The notes under the pieces: model-generated
What the model was told of the DNA's origin: nothing
Database searches by the model: none
The model's input: only the letters and a program-made list of their open reading frames with translations
Translations under genes and position numbers: made by a program
DNA from: the human T2T-CHM13v2.0 reference genome, Homo sapiens
DNA: 64,000 bases
Direction: 5' to 3' (one strand)
Assembly: GCF_009914755.1 (NCBI RefSeq)
Contig: NC_060931.1
Shown here: piece by piece, positions 32,521 through 46,300 of the stretch
How positions within the stretch are numbered: the first letter of the stretch is position 1
Layout: every line of letters starts with the position of its first letter

Positions 32521-34912
32521 TATGAATATACAGTGATGACCAATGAGAAAATGTGGTTCTATTATAAATTTACCAGCTGTCATTTCTGGAGTTTCATCTG
32601 GAAGTGGTGTAAGGGCTGGACGTGAAGGTGGGGTGACCACAGGAAGTGAGAGGAGTTAGTTGGTTGGCCATCTTAATGGCTTACGTTGTCAAGTTCTTGA
32701 AACTCTCATACTCAGCCTTTGGACATAAGGGTTTATTTACTTTTGTTTTGTCCTGGTAGCATCCAACACAGCCCTTGTGGACTTCCCTGCCTAAACTTCC
32801 TGTCTATTGGCTAGTCCAAGAAGAGCTCATCTCCTTTAAAGAACCAGCACTGATCTTCTATGTAGATACCCCAAGATAAAAGAAAATAATAGGAGAAAAA
32901 TGGTAGCAAGAGCATTCTGTAGAAAAACATTGCTGTGAGTAGATTAAAATTGCAACCAAACATAATGTCACGAACTTAAAAGAACAAAACAAGAAACAAG
33001 AAAGCAATCACATCACCGAAGGTCAAAGCGGAGCTGTAAAAGCTCAGGCACTAGATAAAGAAAGCTGGCAGAGCTCTGAAGAGAAACGTCAGAGAAAAGT
33101 GAAGCCAGCCTAGCAGGGAAGTGTGCAAGGAAACAGCATAGAGAACAGACCCTACTGAAACACCATCACGGATATGGAGGAGGACAGGACTAAGACAGCA
33201 ACTCAAATTCAAACACCAAGAGAGCTGCAGGGCCTCTCCGCAAATGCTAGGAGAGGTTGACAAAAGGGAGCAAACACACAATTTCCATCTTTTTGCAAAG
33301 ATGTAGCAACATGGACGGAAATGGAGACACCATTTGAAGTGAAATATGCCAAGCACAGAAAGACAAGCTTTGCATGTTCTCACTCCTCTGTGGGAGCTAA
33401 AAAAGTGGATCTCATGAAGATAGAGAGTAGATTGGTGGCTACCAGAGGCTGGGAAATGGGATGGGGCAGGGAAGTGGAAACATTTATAAGGACTGTACAC
33501 TTAAAATGTAAACATGGTAAATTATGTATGTATATTTTACCTCAATAAAAAACAAATTAAAAAGAAAAAACAAAAAGAAAAATGTATTTAGATGCAATTC
33601 ACAAAACATTCCCAGAAATCAAATGAGACTTTGATGTAGTTACAGATCAAAAGTGCCTACCATGTCTTAAAAAACAAAAAAATGACACCAATTGCCACCA
33701 ACCCCAGTGTCTTTCTCCTTGTTCCCAGAGGACCCCAAGTTCCCCGAGGGACACCACTCATTCTGAAGTGCCCTTTGCTAGCTATGCTGAGGCCAGCAGC
33801 CATGGACATCCTGTCACGTGGCCCTTGCTTGATCTTTGCAGGCCTCCCAAGCTGCCCATCTTGTGGATGATGACTGGGGATGGCAGATGAAGCCCAATTT
33901 TGTCAAAGGCGGATTTTTCATTTTTGTTTCCTGCCCTTCTTAATGTTGTATAACTTCCAAAATGAAAAGGGGTAACGCTGCCTTTACCATTCTATAATCG
34001 GAAGATGTTGAATATTTTACCTTTTTACACTTAAGAAGCTAAGGCTTTTATCATTAAACAAAATCCCTTTTTATAATTTTACTCATCACTCAAATGCTGT
34101 GAAAACCGATGAAGAACGTGCTGGAGGCAGTGAGATGCATTCTCGCGTTGTGCCACAGGGGTGCTCTTGGGAGGCCATTGGCTGGCCCTGCGTGGCTGCA
34201 CCTACAAGCTTCTTTGGTGTTACGATCAACAACTGCAGTTGGCCCGGTGGGTCCCCACCTGCCCTGGGCTCTCCTTGTATGTTGAAGCAGAGGGTGGGCT
34301 TCCAGAAACTGAGAATTCAGATTCTGAAAACAAATGACGGGAGAGTCCACACAGCACAGGGGCCCTCCTGCTGGTAGACCAGGCTAGCTTGTGACAACAT
34401 GCACATGCCCTCCAGCTGACCAGGGTGTGACAGGGAAGAGGCATGAGATGGCAAGTCTGGCCCAAGTGTCAGGTCAGTAGCTCAGCCAGGATCATCCCAG
34501 GCGAGGGCTGGAGAAACAACAATAATGGGCATCTATTCTTACTCTGTCAGTTGTTTGCTGGCTTAGAAAACCTAGGTTCTAGACATTTTAATTGTCTTAC
34601 TGCAGTGGAAAAAATGCCAGTTGGGCTCAAGGGTGAATGTGAGTTTCTTGAGGTCTTTCTGAAGCCTGTGTGGGTATCTGACGGTTTCTGAAACCTTCTG
34701 AGGTCTGTTATTTTTATGGGGGAGGAGAGGCCAGCTGAGAATGTCTTGCCACCAACTTGGAGCACTAAGCAGCCAAGAGCCTGGTGTCTCACGAGGGCTG
34801 TGCAAGCTTGTGTGTGACATGTCCCAAACAGCTATGGATTCCTTGTGATAGTGTCTAGCTAGTGGTAAGAAGTGTGTTTTTAGTATTCTAAGTCATTTCA
34901 AAATGTTTTTAG

Positions 34913-35167
<255 letters not shown>

Positions 35168-35214
35168 GGCCAGTGTTTTAAAATTAGAAACAGATATCAC
35201 CAGCAATAGAAAAT

Positions 35215-38097
35215 GAAGAACACTGTATTAATGTTTATTTCTAATTACAAGAAACAGAACATCAGTCCCTTATTTGTACAAAAATACCTGAAAGTTTACA
35301 ATTAGGTTCACGAGCCAAAGAGCTATGTACAGAATGAAGCAAAGCACATGGAATAAAGGTTTTGTCTCTTCATTAATACCTTCTGCATTCCCTGAAAACG
35401 TTTATACACGCCAGGCCAATTTACAGTCACTGCAGTTTGCACTGTGACATCACAAATCTACCGCCAGCTTGCCCGCCCCCAGAAAGGCGCAGAGATCGGT
35501 CATACTGTCAGGTATTAAGTGCAGAAAAGAGAAGACAAAACATCTAGGCTGAGGCACATGTTTCTTCAAGGTTTAGCAAACAAAAGAACATTCTGGAACT
35601 CTAACACCTAGTGTAACAGAGCTTACCTATTAAACTCTAATAACCAAAGCATTTGGCGTTTTCCTTCTCAACTTCGTCCTGGTTGCTACATGGAGTTTCA
35701 TTTAGAAAAGAAAATCACAGGCAGAGATACAAAGTCAACAGGCTCCAAAACAACCCTGAGCTGTCCCCTTTACATTCATGTCAATTAAATACAAAAATAA
35801 AAGTCAAATGTCCTTCCGTCCCCGGTTTGCGGGACTTGTTCTCAGGTGGAATTCCCAGCCGCCCAGCGCGAGGCCAGCGAGCTGGGGCCTTAGGAAGTCT
35901 GCCGCCACGTGGAGGCGGTTTACATTCTCCAACAATTCACTTCGGCAGGGAAAATACAAAAGACTACGTCAAACCAGCTACATACAAAACTGTGAATCAG
36001 AGTCAAGCTTTTGTTCTCCTTTTAAATAAACGCATATTTATAAATATGAAATACTGCAAATACAAGCTGTCTATTGGAGAGAGGCGTGTGAGAGAGAGAT
36101 TATACACTGATGGGACTGGTCTACGTACACAGAAAAAAGAAATCCTAGAGTTGTTTTTCCTTGAAAAGGGTTTACCTCGAGCCAGTGAAGAGGAAGGAAT
36201 CGTGGTGTAACTGCAATGTCCGTCCCTACAGTGAAGCCTGCCACCAGGTGTGAACGTGAGAATTATCTTACTGTCAATAGTTTGAAAGACTGACTGGCTG
36301 CGAAAGGAAGAAAATGCAATTGAGCACTGATGGTTAAAAACATGTTTTGCTAGAAAATTCTTCATTTGTATACCTTTCATGGAAAACAACTAGAGTGTGG
36401 TCTGTAGACTGAAATACAGTGTTACTATACGGTAGACTGACTTCCAGCTGACTGGCCTTACTGAAGCTTGTGACACTGCTCTAGGCTACGGGGGTTGACT
36501 GAGGAGCAGAGAAATGCTGTTCCTTAGGGAACACTTCAGTGGGGCGGATTTGGGGCAATATCATGGCCAGCACACATTAATAGAAGCCAGGCAGGTGTTG
36601 TCTTGAAAAAGGAAATCATTCTGCTCACCACAGTAGTTTGTTGCCTGTCAAAGGAGTCCTTTCTGCTTTACAGGGATCAAAGGTAAGGAAATGGCCACTC
36701 TCACACCTGATCACTAAGCTAAGGGGACGTGGCAAAGGGGGCCACCCGAGGGGCGGAGGGGACCAAGTGACAACTCAAGCCACCATCTGACTCATCTCCC
36801 GGAGCGGGGACAAAGTGTTGTGTTGACAAAACTCTTCCATGTCCACAACCACTGTGAGGTACTTCTGACCCTAAGCCAGCAGAGGAGGAGCCTCTAGCTG
36901 CTCTGTGTTCACTGGCTTATGGGGGTTTTCAGCAGGACGGAGGGCTGCAAGCAAAGATCTTTAAATATCAGCCTGTGCCTGTGGCCCCTGCAGCGTTTCC
37001 TTGTCTTTATCACTATGGAAACCCATGAGACACAGCACGAAGACAACCAGGTGCCATTTTCTCTTTAGATCCTTTAATCCCCCGAGGGACATCAGCCGTG
37101 AAACGACTCACACCACTGCAGCAGCAGGGGTAAGGCAGTGATCGTTCTAGAACAGGCTGAAGGCTGTGGAAACGCAAGGCTGAAGTACCCAGGTGGATTA
37201 TGCAGCATCCACCGCTGGCCGATGACGGGTGCCAGGTGTGTCTCAAGGAGGCTGGCCCACGTCAATCTAGAGGCGAGGCCATTCAGCCTGCTGTTTGTGG
37301 AACAGTGAATTTTCCAAAGGAATAAAGTCTCCTGCACTGTGCAGAACAAGACACACTAATAACAAGAGGATCTGACATCTGAGCATAGAGAAATGATTAA
37401 CAGACTGTGGTTGCTTGACTGAGTCCACAAAATATGCCAAATGCCTACCACAGTGACACCTTTTATTTTAACAAGAAAGCTTTTCAAGTATACTGGGAAG
37501 GGCTGGGTTTGTCATTTGGGAGCTGAATCCACACCGTGGTAGTCGGCAGAGGGTGTGGAGGACCCTCTGGGAACATTTGGGGACCCATATTCAGTTTGAA
37601 ATCTGCCCATTCAAAACTCTTTCTGTATTATATGAGTTGAAACGCCACATCCCCCTCCTACAATAGGCTGAATACAATATTGAAAACAAAGAAGGAGTGC
37701 AAAAAAGTGATCAATACAAAAAAAGTAAACATATCAGTTTTAATTGTCAAGATTATTCCAGGGCAAGAGTTCATTTCCAATCACTTCTCTCCGGTTCTTG
37801 TTCCTAAGCGGCCCAAGCCAAGATGATCATTCCAGTTTATTTTCAACTTTCCACTGGATCTTCCATGCCCTCCCCAATTTGGCCGACGCAGAGGGAGGCG
37901 ACCCTGCTGGGTTCACAGCAGCAAATCGTCGTTTAAGTCCAACAAACTAGTCAATCTTGGTCGGCTGGCACCGAACAAACCCATCTCGCTCTGGGTCCCC
38001 AGGTGCAGAATCGATGTGTGTTCTTCACCAACGCACAGACCGCTTCTTCACTCCAGTGTTCACTTCCTCCAGTCTTCAGCCGAGAGGACATCTGCGG
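35215..38097 (-). other. GRB10: GRB10 long 3' UTR (distal end approximate)
   Basis: Repeat-poor ~2.9 kb after the stop codon, ending at AATAAA (35239-35234, minus strand) with upstream TGTA motifs; an Alu begins immediately beyond. Confidence 0.8.
35234..35239 (-). terminator. Distal polyadenylation signal AATAAA of GRB10
   Basis: TTTATT on + strand; upstream UGUA elements and T-rich downstream sequence on minus strand. Confidence 0.75.
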
Positions 38098-38244
38098 TCA
38101 TAAGGCCACTCGGATGCAGTGGTGCTTGAGTTTGCAAGGCAGGACTCCTTTGTTCAGCTGGTAAAAGTCAACCAGCTGGATCAGGTCAGAGAATTTGGTG
38201 TTCCCGTCATCTAGGCTGAAGAACGTCTGCCCGTCATCCTCGCA
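38098..38244 (-). CDS. GRB10: GRB10 last coding exon, [48 protein letters not shown]
   Basis: cag|TGCGAG acceptor; TGA stop at 38100-38098; SH2 C-terminus of GRB10. Confidence 0.98.
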   Translation of the reverse strand, partial: CEDDGQTFFSLDDGNTKFSDLIQLVDFYQLNKGVLPCKLKHHCIRVAL

Positions 38245-40582
38245 CTGGAGAGACACAAGAACACTTGCCAGGTTAGAGGCTGCCACCTCAGGGAACAGAA
38301 CGGGGCCCACGGCCAGCAGCAGCTACATCTGCCCATGATTTGATTCCAGAGGGACACACAGGGCAAGGTAGGCTAGAAAACACCAGGGGCGGGAAAGACG
38401 GGAGCAGAGGATGTGTGCTGGGGGCTGCCATGTCCCTGAGCGAGGGACAGACTTTGGGTGGGCTGCGGAGGCTGCTGAGGACAGCTAGCTCCCCTGCTCC
38501 CTAAGGTGGTCAAGGGGAAGGGCTCGAAGTTGCCCCCAGTTCACCCAGCTCATGAGAATTACATTTACCAGTTAACTTGTAAGTACCCACTGCACACAGC
38601 ATGCCCCGAGAAGACTGCACAAACCTGGGTCCTCACTATACGACCTCAGCCAACTCCTGAGGCCCCAGGGGTTTACTCTGCTCCATGATGAAGCAACTGT
38701 TGGGTGGCTATGAGGGATTAATAAGCTCACGCAGGTAAATTCCGTTCCTAGGTCCCTGAATATGGGGCAGTTATTTTTATTAAAGCAGGGGAATGCCACA
38801 GTATCTCCCAGAGAGAATCATATTCCTAACACCTATTTTAACTCAGTGAGTTTTCAGTTGGATGACTGTAGTACAGTGCAAAACACTGCTGAAAGGAGGT
38901 CGTGTTGTTCACAGGGAATAGGTCAGCCTTAAGGCTTGGCTAATTAATGAGCTTGGAACCACTTCGTAACTCTAAAACCACTGCTAGAGCTAACAGCACA
39001 TCCCACAGCCAGTTTTCACACACAGAGGCTGCACACCTAATGCCCTAAGTCCCAAGTTGCTGTTCTTTTGTTACTTGTAGGATTTGGGCATTACACACTC
39101 TGCCTACCACGAAAGCCCCCTTTCTTTCTTTTTTTTTTTTAATTTACTCATCCAGCCTAAAATGTCAATCACTTTTCATTTTATATTTTGAGCTAAAAGA
39201 ATTATAACTGTGTGAATAATATAATGCAGTAGAAGAACAAAAAGGATCGTCTATGCAGCACTTTCCCTAGGACAGTAATTCCTGTATTTGCATATAAGGT
39301 TGGCTGGAAGCTGGGAAGGCTGGGCTCAACCCCAGATTCTGTTCCTCACCCCAGTGCGGTGCAGGGAAAGCCACTGACAGCCATGAGCCTCATTTTCCTC
39401 ACGAGTAAGGTGGGGATGTCGGCACACAGCAGGAAGCAAGCAGCCACAGAAAAGACAGTGCGTGGCACACTGCCTTCCCCTGGCTCACAAAAGCTAAGCA
39501 AGACACCCTCCTCATCCTGTATGGTCCATGGCTGCCAGTCACTACACGATTCTTGAGATCATAACAAAGTCCTGGGGGTCAGATAAGCCTGAAGAACTCC
39601 AGGTTCAACTGTGTAAAACAGGTGAGTTTAGTTAATTTAAGCCTTCTCAGAGCTTTTTCTTTGCTGACATGCAGATTGAATCTCTGAGAGGAAACTGTCC
39701 AGCCAGCCTCTTTTGGTAGAGTTTGGGTTCCACAGGATGCATTTCACAAACATTATCATTACCTGCAGAATTTATCAATTCAGCATGTAAACAGCTGCTA
39801 TTAATTTTGTGTATTGTATTCTCAACTAAACTGAATTCTTGTAGGCGCTGATCTAGCACTCTAATCATGAACTAGAATTGAACTGTGGCATACTGAAGTG
39901 AGAGGTAAACATCAGGCGAATCAAACATAAAGTGCTTTGTCAAAAAAAGTAGTGTTGATTAATGTATTCTGTAATGAAGTTTTTGGAATTGTTCAAAGGG
40001 AGAATGGTCTTTAGATCCAAGGACCATGTGGAAGGAGAAACAAAATTACTCTTTGGGAGGCCACTTAACGCTTCTTGGATAGCCCTGGTGTACACCAGGA
40101 CAAATTACAAGACTCCTCAGACTCCAGCAGCCAACAGGCAATCCTGCTGCACAACTCCTGCCTTCCAGACCCACGTGCTCACGGCTGCTGCGACCTCAGC
40201 TAATTCTCCTCCACCTCCCCTTCCTGTGACCTTGATCCTTCCCATCAGTACCCTTTCAGCTGTGGGCCCTCAGCTAATTCTCCTCCACCTCCCCTTCCTG
40301 CGACCTTGATCCTCCCCATCAGTACCCTTTCTGCTGCAACCAAGAGCTCACAGGCTCAAGGGGGGCCTCAACACCCTATCACCACTTTCAGGATTATTTC
40401 CAGGGAAATGTTTTTCTAATTTCAAAAGACAAACCTGTAAAGAAATTCTTGAAAGTTTCTTAACTGCAGCCTTGAAACTGTCTGATACTTACCGGTCTTG
40501 TCGGTTTATAACTTGAAAATTGCATTAAGAATGAAACCAGAAAACAAACCACAAGGACTGGTCTGAGAACATCAATACTTAC

Positions 40583-40676
40583 AGGTAAGATCTGGAAATT
40601 TTTAATTTTCTGGTGATGACACAGTGTGAGTACAAATGCCTTTGGATTACTCTGGCTGTCACGGAGGAGAAAAAGC
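40583..40676 (-). CDS. GRB10: GRB10 penultimate coding exon (SH2 FLVR-type motif), (G)[31 protein letters not shown]
   Basis: cag|GCTTTT...TTACCT|gtaagt; 94 nt; FLLRDS phosphotyrosine pocket. Confidence 0.97.
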
Positions 40677-40728
40677 CTGGGGAAGGGAAAATAGTTGATT
40701 GCTAAAATATTTTAAAATCTGGAACTAA

Positions 40729-40739
40729 ACACACACACA

Positions 40740-40785
<46 letters not shown>
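40729..40785. repeat. (CA)n microsatellite ((TG)n on the GRB10 strand, ~50 nt upstream of an acceptor)
   Basis: Direct observation. Confidence 0.95.
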
Positions 40786-40787
<2 letters not shown>

Positions 40788-40959
40788 CTTGGAGCCACAA
40801 TGCTTCAGTGCAGTGCTTTGGCATTTAAGTGGCCTCTAGGGGCAACAGCACACCAGGCAAGCACCAAGACGGTAATTCTGAATTGTCATTCTCCATTGGA
40901 AAAAAGCTGGGCTCCTTGGGGATATGCCTGACTACAGGGTTAGGGCAGGGAAACTATAG

Positions 40960-42000
40960 GATGAAAAGGATTATTTTGTGCCTGCATATCAAGAAGTGCT
41001 CAAAGAATAATGAGGACATGTCAAAAAGACACAGGAGGCAGGATGACTAAATCTGGGCATCAAAATGAATTTTAAAAGTAATGAATCATAACCCATGAAA
41101 TCGGAATCCGTGTCTGTAGTATTATTTAAAAATAAATAAGCAAATAAATTAATACGGGAGAAGATGAAAATCTTTCTTGGAGGAGAATGTCAGCCAATAA
41201 ATAAAGGCAAGATGTATTCAAAAACTACCCTTTGGCAATTACTGTAGTAACTAACAATTAACGAAGGAGGGGGGATCTTCAACAAATGCTGAAACCAGCA
41301 GATGAAAGGTGGATGAGAAAAAAGAGTATTTTCATGGCATCAAAGTATTGTACTGTTAATACTTATTTACTACAAAGGGGAAAATAATAGCTTTACAGTG
41401 GAGAAATCCGGCCGACAGCATCTTCTTCATCAAGTGTCTAAATTACCACCACTAGCAATGAGACAAATTGACCTTGAGGGCTTCCGGAGACGATGTACTG
41501 AAGATGACACAACATCACTTTTCGGGGGTGCTCCCGCCAAAAATGCATAGCCTGAATCTCACCATGAGTGAGGAGCCTAGGCTGAGCCCAGGCACACTCT
41601 ACAAGAATTGGCTTCTACTCGAAACGCAGGTCAAGATTATGAATACATGCTGGGAGAGAAGATTTAGGATGAAGATGTTCTTTTGCTATAAAGGAGGCAA
41701 TTAGGAAGAAGGGTATAGATTAGACAATGAACTGCGTCGTCAATGTTAACTTCCTGGTTTTTATAAGGTACTGTGGTTATAGAAGTTCTTGTTCTTAGAA
41801 ATTTTACACTGTAATAATTCAGACTAAAGGGACATCATGCCACAACTTACTCCTAAACGGTTCAGAAGAAAAAACAGTAAGAACAAAGGCAAATGTGCCA
41901 TAATCTTAATAAGGGTATCTGGGCGAAGTGTGTATAGTTCATCCTATTACTATTACAACCTTTCTACAACCTTAAAAATTTTTTTTAATCCTAAATTAGA
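40960..42000 (+). mobile_element. Old L1M (L1MC/ME-like) 3' fragments; similar fragments at ~33320-33560, 45770-47500 and 47600-48230
   Basis: Diverged L1 3' UTR motifs (TTTACAGTGGAGAAA, CAATGTTAACTTCCTG, GGGACATCATG..CAACTTACT); subfamily and boundaries approximate. Confidence 0.55.
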
Positions 42001-43015
42001 ATAGCACAAAAAAGGCATAAAATCATTGCTCTTACATGAGAAAATCTGGAGTTAGCTGAAAAGATAGTTATACATCAGAAAGCGAAGAAAGATCCAATGA
42101 AAGCTACAAAGAAGAAATGGCCTGAAAAGGAACTCACTTTAAATGTATCCAAAACCAAACTACAATCATCAGCAAAATCACCAGGTCTAGATTGTAATGT
42201 GAAGATGGAAAGCAGTTAAATAAGACTGGAAAATCCCATGCTGAAAAGGTAAAAGAAATATATTTTACTACAGGACTTCTCAGAGCCTTAAATATGTGAA
42301 TATTCATGGTAACTGCCTAGCAGTTTTCCAATCTTACCTATGTAGAAACCTCCCCCACCCTTTCTAAAATAGCACTTTGCAGGCCTTGTGTGCTTCAGGA
42401 TATACTTTGGGAAACACCGATCAGAATGGGATTCCATGGTTTGGCTTGGTCAGGCCAGATGGGACGGCGTGAGGAAGCTCAGACCCCACTGGGGAACACG
42501 CGGCACCGCCAGAGAGAAGACAAGGAGATCCAGTTCTTCTCCCAAGCGCTGGTGCATGCTGGGCAGCTGTGCCCACCTCAAAGACTTGTCAGAGTCATGT
42601 CATTCCAAATAAAACATCGTTACTCTGACACCCAGAAGTTTGCCGAGCTTCAGCTCTAACTAGAGGAAAATGTGGGGCGTCCCTTTCTCTGCCGTTAACT
42701 ATCTGCTGTCTCCTTCTGCAAATGGGAAGCTACAGACGAGTGAATGGCAGCATGGCCCAGGCCTGTTTACCCGAGAGGGACGTGTACCCCTGAGAGGGGC
42801 AGGCTCACCCTGGGAAGTCCCAAGGCTGCTGGAAGGCTTGAGCTTTATAGGGAATGCCTGAAGGTTGTCTATCTGAGATGACTGCTATGCGGGGAGAATG
42901 GCATGGCTTAGGCATCAGCAGGAATCCTGGATAGGTCACTTATTAGCTTCATCATCTTGGGCAACTTCTCTTCTCAGCCTCAATTTCTTCATCTGCAGAA
43001 GGGGAACAACACCTC

Positions 43016-43307
<292 letters not shown>

Positions 43308-46300
43308 AGAATAACTCTTCTCTTACAGGACCATTGAGAAGACCATGGCTGATGTATATACAGCTTTGTGCATGATCACACGCAATACAAGGTAGCTTGA
43401 AATAACAATCACTGCAATCAGCCAACTGCCACAATCCAGTGATTTCTAAGGGGATTGCAGTTATAGGAAAGATGCCCAGGGAGAAGCTAAGCATGTTAAG
43501 TGACTACTAACCAGGCTCAGAAGTTGTAAACACGGCCCAGGATGGACAGTGGCAAGAACCAGGTAAGTTCTTAAGAATCGATGCTAGGGATGGTGCACTC
43601 ACCAGTCCATCATAAATGAACGAAGAGCCCCTTGTGACAGGACCCGACAGTGATCAGAGTACAATCTAGACCACGTTTACAAGCAAGACACCGTGCAAAG
43701 TGTTTCATGCATGTATTAACTCATTCATCTTCATGGTGATACTGTTATCTTCATTTCACAATGATAAGGGAAGTGACACACAGAGAAGCTAAGCAACTTC
43801 CCCAAGGTCACACAGCCAGTCGTGGAGGAGTTCCTGGTTCAGCAGGAAAAGCAGACAAAAAGTGAAAGTATCCCTCTTACAAGGGTGCTATGTGAGTCCT
43901 GGGGATAACACCTCTCTTTCTGCGGTTGGGAGAAGGGAAAGCTTCAAAGAATTCAAATTTTGCCGAAGAGGTTTCCTTCCAACATGTGGAGGGGCATGAA
44001 GTGCAGACAGAGGGACTGCACAGGCAGATGACACAGGGATCGATGCCTGGCACAGCAGGAAGGCCAGTGGGGCTGGACCATGAGTGTGGGCATGGCAGGG
44101 GGGGGCATCCACATGCCCTGGGGGGATAAGCATGGTGTTGGGGGTGGGGTGGGATTGTTTGGCAGAGAGGACTACAGACCTAGATTTCCCCTTAAAAAGA
44201 TCCTTCTCCTGCAGTTCTGGGACGGGCATGGGTGGCAAGACAGGAAGGAAGCAGGCGGCAAATTCAGTGCAGGGCTGGTAAAGCACGAGTATGTGCGCGC
44301 ACACGCTCAGCTGCATGGGTGGGGACGGGGATGGGAGGGGAGCTGCCTGGATCCTGGGATTTCAGGAATACTTGACGGGCTTATTTAAGGCTCTGATGTC
44401 TCTTTCTAACTGCATACACCGTTTGAGAATAAAGCTATGGAAAATGCTGTTGTTATACTGTCTGTCCAGAATCTTGTGCTGTTTTTCGAGGTGGTTTTCT
44501 TTTCTTTGTTGTTTAACTCTTTAAACTGGCTTGCCTTCATCATCTCTGCAGGGATCAGTAAAGATTAGAAATGGATTATTTACCTTGTTATACAAATACA
44601 CCTCCTCCCTACACCCAAGAATTGAGAGGAAGATGAGCTGTTCCTGTGTTAACGCCTGAATCAATCCCATTATCTGCATTTCTGTGTGTGGTTAGCGCTC
44701 CAGCAGCCTAAGGCGGGAGCTGGAAATGACAGCCTTGGAGACGAGGAAGGCTCCAGGGAGGACGGAGAGGAACACCTGCTGAAGAATAAGACGGGCGGCA
44801 CCAGCCGGGCTGATTTGGGGAACGGAAGGTAACAGAGGTGATGCTTCTATCGCTTTACAGGTCTGGAAAGACGGATGCCTCACCAACTGGGTTTCTGATC
44901 CGAGAAAAATTGAAAGACAAACATGGCTGGGGGAAGCAAAACGCTGACACACAATTCAGGTGGCCCAGCAGTGCTGACCTGCAATCCACCCCACCCCAAG
45001 GCAGCCCTTTCAATCCAAAGTGGACAGAGTGGGCCTTATCCCAGAATCACTCAGGAAGCTTCTTCAAACATATGACTGCCACACCCGCCCCCAAGGTTCA
45101 GAAACATCTTCGCCTCGGGATGATGGGCGTCCTCACTGCCCTGGCCTTGGGGAGGACACTTAGTGGCCACAGCACCAAATAAAGCCTCCTGTGGAAGTGC
45201 CAATTCTCCAGCAGAGTGACGCTACCCCGAAGTGAGCCTGCGCTGCCTCCCACACACGGCAAGGGTAACAGAGGTCCCCCTAGAACATTCTGGGCCCACT
45301 GTTGATACGGTTCAGGGGTATAAGCAGGTATACACTGTATTAGAAGCCCCAGAACACACAGATACCCCTAACTCAAAAACGTCACAGAAAGAGAAATTTC
45401 TGTGTTAGGCTTTTCTCTCCTCAGGCATGCCAGAAACTTTAGAGGAGAAACATACTGTTTTACAGTTAGAGGAGGAGTTGCTTCTAATGCTTTGAGAGAC
45501 TGCTCTGTGATAAAGCTGACATCTTGAGTAAGGAGTTTTGGAGCAATTGTAAAGCCACATGGGAAACAAAATAAAATCAGACCCATACTCTACCCAGCAG
45601 TGAGGATAAATAAACCCAAGTGCATCTGGGATCGAAACAAAACCAAACAAAGACCAAAAATGAACCAACTAAGGACAAAAGAAAGAAAGGGAGAATGCAG
45701 AGAGCAGGAAGGAAGGAAAGAGGAGCAGAGGGAAGGAAGGAGAGAGGGGGGAAAAGAATCCAAGTACAAGACAACATGAATGCACCCCTTTATGATTTAG
45801 GAGTGGGAAAAACAAAAGTGTCTGCAACTTAACTGATTAGAAAAATGGACAAAAAATGTAAACAGGGTAGAACTGCCAAAAGACAAAGAAGTCCTTCCAT
45901 ACATGAAACGAGGGTCAGCCTCCTTCATGAGAGATGCGGCTGACAGCATGACTCTCAGATGAAGAAGTAAGCCTGCTGAGGGACTCTGGTGATACTTCAC
46001 AATATTACATAGGCCCTGCCCTTCCACCCCACAGCCCCACTTCTCAGGACTCATGGCAAAGATACATGGCAAAATTATGAAACAATGCAGCACTGTGTCT
46101 CATAACATTTGCCTGGAAACATGGTGAACATCCCTCAGTAGGGGACATTTTAAAAAATGATGTTCCATGTACATAAAAGAAAACCCAAGAGTGGAAAAGA
46201 AATGTGGGCCATCGCGATGCGCTGCTGTGGAGCGATCCTTGGGATGCAGAGACTGCGGGAACTGCGCAGCGCAGTACTTGCAGCACGCTACATTTGCTTA

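Noticed and set aside
31422-32640. CRISPR-like regular repeats and several repetitive ORFs
   Set aside because: Units are head-to-tail with no unique spacers, there are no cas genes, and the context is eukaryotic: a minisatellite. The ORFs are translations of the repeat.
35653-36389. 185-aa and 128-aa ORFs in the GRB10 3' UTR
   Set aside because: No recognisable domain or coding-like composition, non-ATG starts; consistent with chance ORFs.
43559-43640. Strong donor-like motifs on both strands (CAG|GTAAGT on +, CTG|GTGAGT on -)
   Set aside because: I found no convincing paired acceptor or coding frame; the GRB10 reading frame is complete without an exon here.
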